A DNA stretch of 36,652 nucleotides from a virus, in the IMG/VR virus record IMGVR_UViG_3300013382_000003, positions 1-36,652 of that record; one strand, written 5' to 3'. The position numbers and the translations under genes are program-made. Shown here piece by piece: positions 34,721 to 36,652 of the stretch. A model generated the notes under the pieces. The model made no database searches. It was not told where the DNA came from and saw nothing but the letters and a program-made list of their open reading frames with translations. Position 1 is the stretch's first letter. Each line of letters begins with the position of its first letter.

Positions 34721-34900
34721 GGATACCCTCTTTTTAATAAGTCCGCATTGTTTGATAAAAAAGGAAGAACATGATTTCAATTGGAGGTATAAGAAAGCCA
34801 CTAGAAAGGTCTCGATTGTGCTTAATCTTGTTGGCTTGGAAGGCACAACGCGGAAAGCCTTCCTCCGCCCCTGGGAGTCTCCTCCCCTGGATTTTATTAG

Positions 34901-35224
34901 CTACTTAGGTTTGTCCTTGATACGGACGTCTCCGTTCTCGGAAAAGGTCGTCCACGTGGGCTTGTCCTTCAGGCCTGAATCGATTTCCCCGTGAAGCTTG
35001 TTATGGCATTCACGGCAAAGGAGCATCATGTTGTCTGGGTTAAGGGAAATCTCAGGATTGTCCACATTGGACTCGTCCAACGGTATCTTATGGTGCAAAA
35101 GGAAGCCTCTTTTTCCGCATAATTCACATACGCCTTTCTTGTATATCACCATCTGTTCACGGAACTTCTTCCATCTGTACGACTTATAGAACTTCTCGAC
35201 CTTCGGTCCGTGTGCTGACGGCAT
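34901..35224 (-). CDS. HNH endonuclease associated with the packaging module
   Basis: Trimmed to MPSAHGPKVE, preceded by GAAGGAGGCG. Motifs CELCGKRG...HHKIPL...NMMLLCRECHNKLH. Confidence 0.85.
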   Translation of the reverse strand: MPSAHGPKVEKFYKSYRWKKFREQMVIYKKGVCELCGKRGFLLHHKIPLDESNVDNPEISLNPDNMMLLCRECHNKLHGEIDSGLKDKPTWTTFSENGDVRIKDKPK

Positions 35225-35233
35225 GCGGTTTTC

Positions 35234-35260
35234 GCCTCCTTCTTCGGACATTAAGGAGGC
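35234..35260 (-). promoter_or_regulatory. Hairpin able to sequester the SD of the first late gene
   Basis: The minus strand reads GCCTCCTT-aatgtccgaag-AAGGAGGC. This is a perfect 8-bp stem whose 3' arm is the HNH SD. Confidence 0.4.
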
Positions 35261-35333
35261 TGGTACTCCGCCTCTGTCGTTTCCCAGCCCTTGCCTTGTT
35301 TCCACAGGAGACAGACCTGTCCCCTGCGCGATC

Positions 35334-35364
35334 AAGATAGCAAAACATTCAAGTTTATTGTCAA
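35334..35364 (-). promoter_or_regulatory. Candidate late-operon promoter
   Basis: On the minus strand: TTGACA (35364-35359), 19 nt, TGcTATCTT extended -10 (35342-35334). Confidence 0.35.
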
Positions 35365-35692
35365 CATTTTTTTCAAAAATATCGGAAAAAGCCCAGAACC
35401 ATCGGAAAATTTGAAACCTTTGAAAGGCATGCGATTCACCCCATCACCAGATTCCGGCAGACCGCTGTTCATGGCCGTTGAATTCGCCAGAATTTTACTA
35501 ACGGTTGCACAAACGCAAACGGATGGAAAAATCGTCCTATGTGTTTTGAAACTTCCGGGGCGCTCGTTGTTGTCACGTTTTTTACCCCCTCATACCGCCC
35601 CCCTTCCTGAACGTGTAAGCGTTTCCATTTGCTATTTTACGATATGTTTTTAATTTTTTTCCTGAGAAACAACCTAGTTTCTTCCTTTTGTT

Positions 35693-35721
35693 TTGATATG
35701 TTCGTTTGCATTTTCTGAAAT
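35693..35721 (+). promoter_or_regulatory. Candidate promoter for the plus-strand orphan ORF
   Basis: TTGATA (35693-35698), 17 nt, TGAAAT (35716-35721), in an AT-rich stretch. Confidence 0.3.
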
Positions 35722-35755
35722 AAAAAAATAAAAGCCGTGATAGGATGTTCACGGC
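35715..35755 (-). terminator. Intrinsic terminator on the minus strand, separating the island from the late promoter
   Basis: Stem GCCGTGA (35734-35740) / TCACGGC (35749-35755) with an 8-nt loop, followed on the minus strand by TTTTATTTTTTTATTT. Confidence 0.65.
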
Positions 35756-35806
35756 CGAAGAAAGGACGGCCAGGCCGGTGATGATCGCCGGCCAAAGGAC
35801 AGAAAG

Positions 35807-36451
35807 ATGGGAAGGGATAGGAATAAAGGCTATCGGGGATGGAGAAGGTCGGCAAGAGCGGCCGAGGCCAGGGACAATGGGGAGGCTCCGTTGTCCCATT
35901 GGACCAAGGCGGCCATCATCGCCGCCATCGCCGACGCCTTCGGCGACGACGTCGCCGGCCAGGCGTCGCTGGCCAATAGGTCCAGCCTCCGCCGTTGGAG
36001 GCTCGAAAAATCAAGCTGGCATCACAGGGGATCCTATTGCCGGCCGGTCGACTTCTACCGGCTGGCCGAGGTAGACCAGCCGGAGGCTGTCAGCCTGATC
36101 GGCCAGGCCATCGCCGAGACGGCCGCCGATAAGAAAAACAAAGAAAAGGAAGAAAAGGAGAAGGCAAGGGTCACCTATTGGCGGATCGCCGCCAACGAAT
36201 GGCAGGGATCGCGGCGTAACGGCCGTTATGTTTCGCGTACTTATTTCGGAATCACGGTAGGCCTCTGGTCGACGAAGGCGGCCATCGTCGCCGGTGACGG
36301 CGATAGGACCGTTAAAGACCTATCAGGCCGCCATTGCCAGGGGATAATGATCCCGACCAGATCGGCCTTCGTCCAAGAGGTCAAAAAGTTCTTAAAAATC
36401 GATAAAATAGGCAATTTTTCTAAAAAAATCGATGAAATTCTTAAAAAATAG
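35807..36451 (+). CDS. Orphan plus-strand ORF with strong GC3 codon bias (hypothetical; probable true start TTG at 35891)
   Basis: Clear 3-base periodicity (GCC ATC ATC GCC GCC ATC GCC GAC GCC TTC GGC GAC GAC GTC...). GGGGAGG lies 5 nt before the TTG at 35891. No family recognised. Confidence 0.6.
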   Translation: MGRDRNKGYRGWRRSARAAEARDNGEAPLSHWTKAAIIAAIADAFGDDVAGQASLANRSSLRRWRLEKSSWHHRGSYCRPVDFYRLAEVDQPEAVSLIGQAIAETAADKKNKEKEEKEKARVTYWRIAANEWQGSRRNGRYVSRTYFGITVGLWSTKAAIVAGDGDRTVKDLSGRHCQGIMIPTRSAFVQEVKKFLKIDKIGNFSKKIDEILKK

Positions 36452-36480
36452 GAGAAAATCAAAATGAAAAACCGAGACCC

Positions 36481-36652
36481 GCCAGGCCGGGCTTAGCCCC
36501 GGTAAATTTTCGGCGCGGAGACGCTTGACCAGTGAGCTGTTACGCATTCTTTGAATGATGGCTGCCTCTGAGCCAACATCCTGGCTGTCTTAGCGTTTCC
36601 ACATCCTTACACACTCAGCGTGGACTTAGGGACCTTTGTCGGCGGTCTGGGC
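36481..36652 (-). rRNA. 3' end of the same 23S rRNA-like fragment (duplicate copy across the junction)
   Basis: Repeat copy of 1-162 plus about 10 nt. rRNA similarity stops just after GGGGCTAAGC, and the conserved ACCGAAGC that follows in real 23S is absent. On the minus strand a GGTTTTTCATTTT tract follows. Confidence 0.8.
36491..36652. repeat. Terminal direct repeat, right copy
   Basis: Identical to 1-162; this is either an assembly overlap of a circular molecule or a true DTR. Confidence 0.97.

Noticed and set aside
35340-35740. tRNA genes in the AT-rich spacer
   Set aside because: No cloverleaf-compatible arms or GTTCRANYC-type T-loop motif were found by eye. A tRNAscan run would be needed to be certain.
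36464-36496. 10-codon mini-ORF (MKNRDPPGRA) with a good AGGAG SD just before the rRNA-like segment
   Set aside because: It is too short to assess and may be fortuitous. It is noted only as a possible leader peptide.

Overview
The window is a complete temperate tailed-phage genome of about 36.5 kb, siphovirus-like with an HK97-type head module. Positions 1-162 repeat exactly at 36491-36652, so the unit length is 36,490 bp (circular assembly overlap or direct terminal repeat). Nearly all genes lie on the minus strand in two long operons. The early operon runs from 12997 down to 1013. It encodes small early ORFs, a Cro-like HTH, an HNH_3 endonuclease, ERF recombinase, a PD-(D/E)XK exonuclease, SSB, a replication initiator with iterons inside the gene, RusA, two beta-class DNA methyltransferases, a minimal MetK-like SAM synthetase, and membrane proteins and lipoproteins. 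The late operon runs from 35224 down to 16042. It encodes HNH, TerS, TerL, portal, protease, major capsid, connectors, major tail, a G/GT chaperone with a -1 frameshift, tape measure, Dit/Tal, and baseplate and fibre proteins. A plus-strand lysogeny module (XRE repressor, one ORF, tyrosine integrase, candidate attP) occupies 13139-15211 behind back-to-back promoters. The most unusual part is an ORF-poor island of about 2.3 kb between the two operons (35225-36490 plus 1-1012). It carries a ~445-nt truncated and internally deleted 23S rRNA-like segment, sense on the minus strand and spanning the repeat/junction. It also carries an oppositely oriented GC3-rich orphan ORF, clustered short repeats and several hairpins. 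Other notable points are a MetK-like gene translationally coupled to a methyltransferase, a second methyltransferase split by a G9 homopolymer, an acr-aca-like arrangement of the first early genes, a hyper-acidic small protein, and no recognisable endolysin. No tRNA genes or CRISPR arrays were seen. All homology calls rest on motif recognition by eye; no searches were run.
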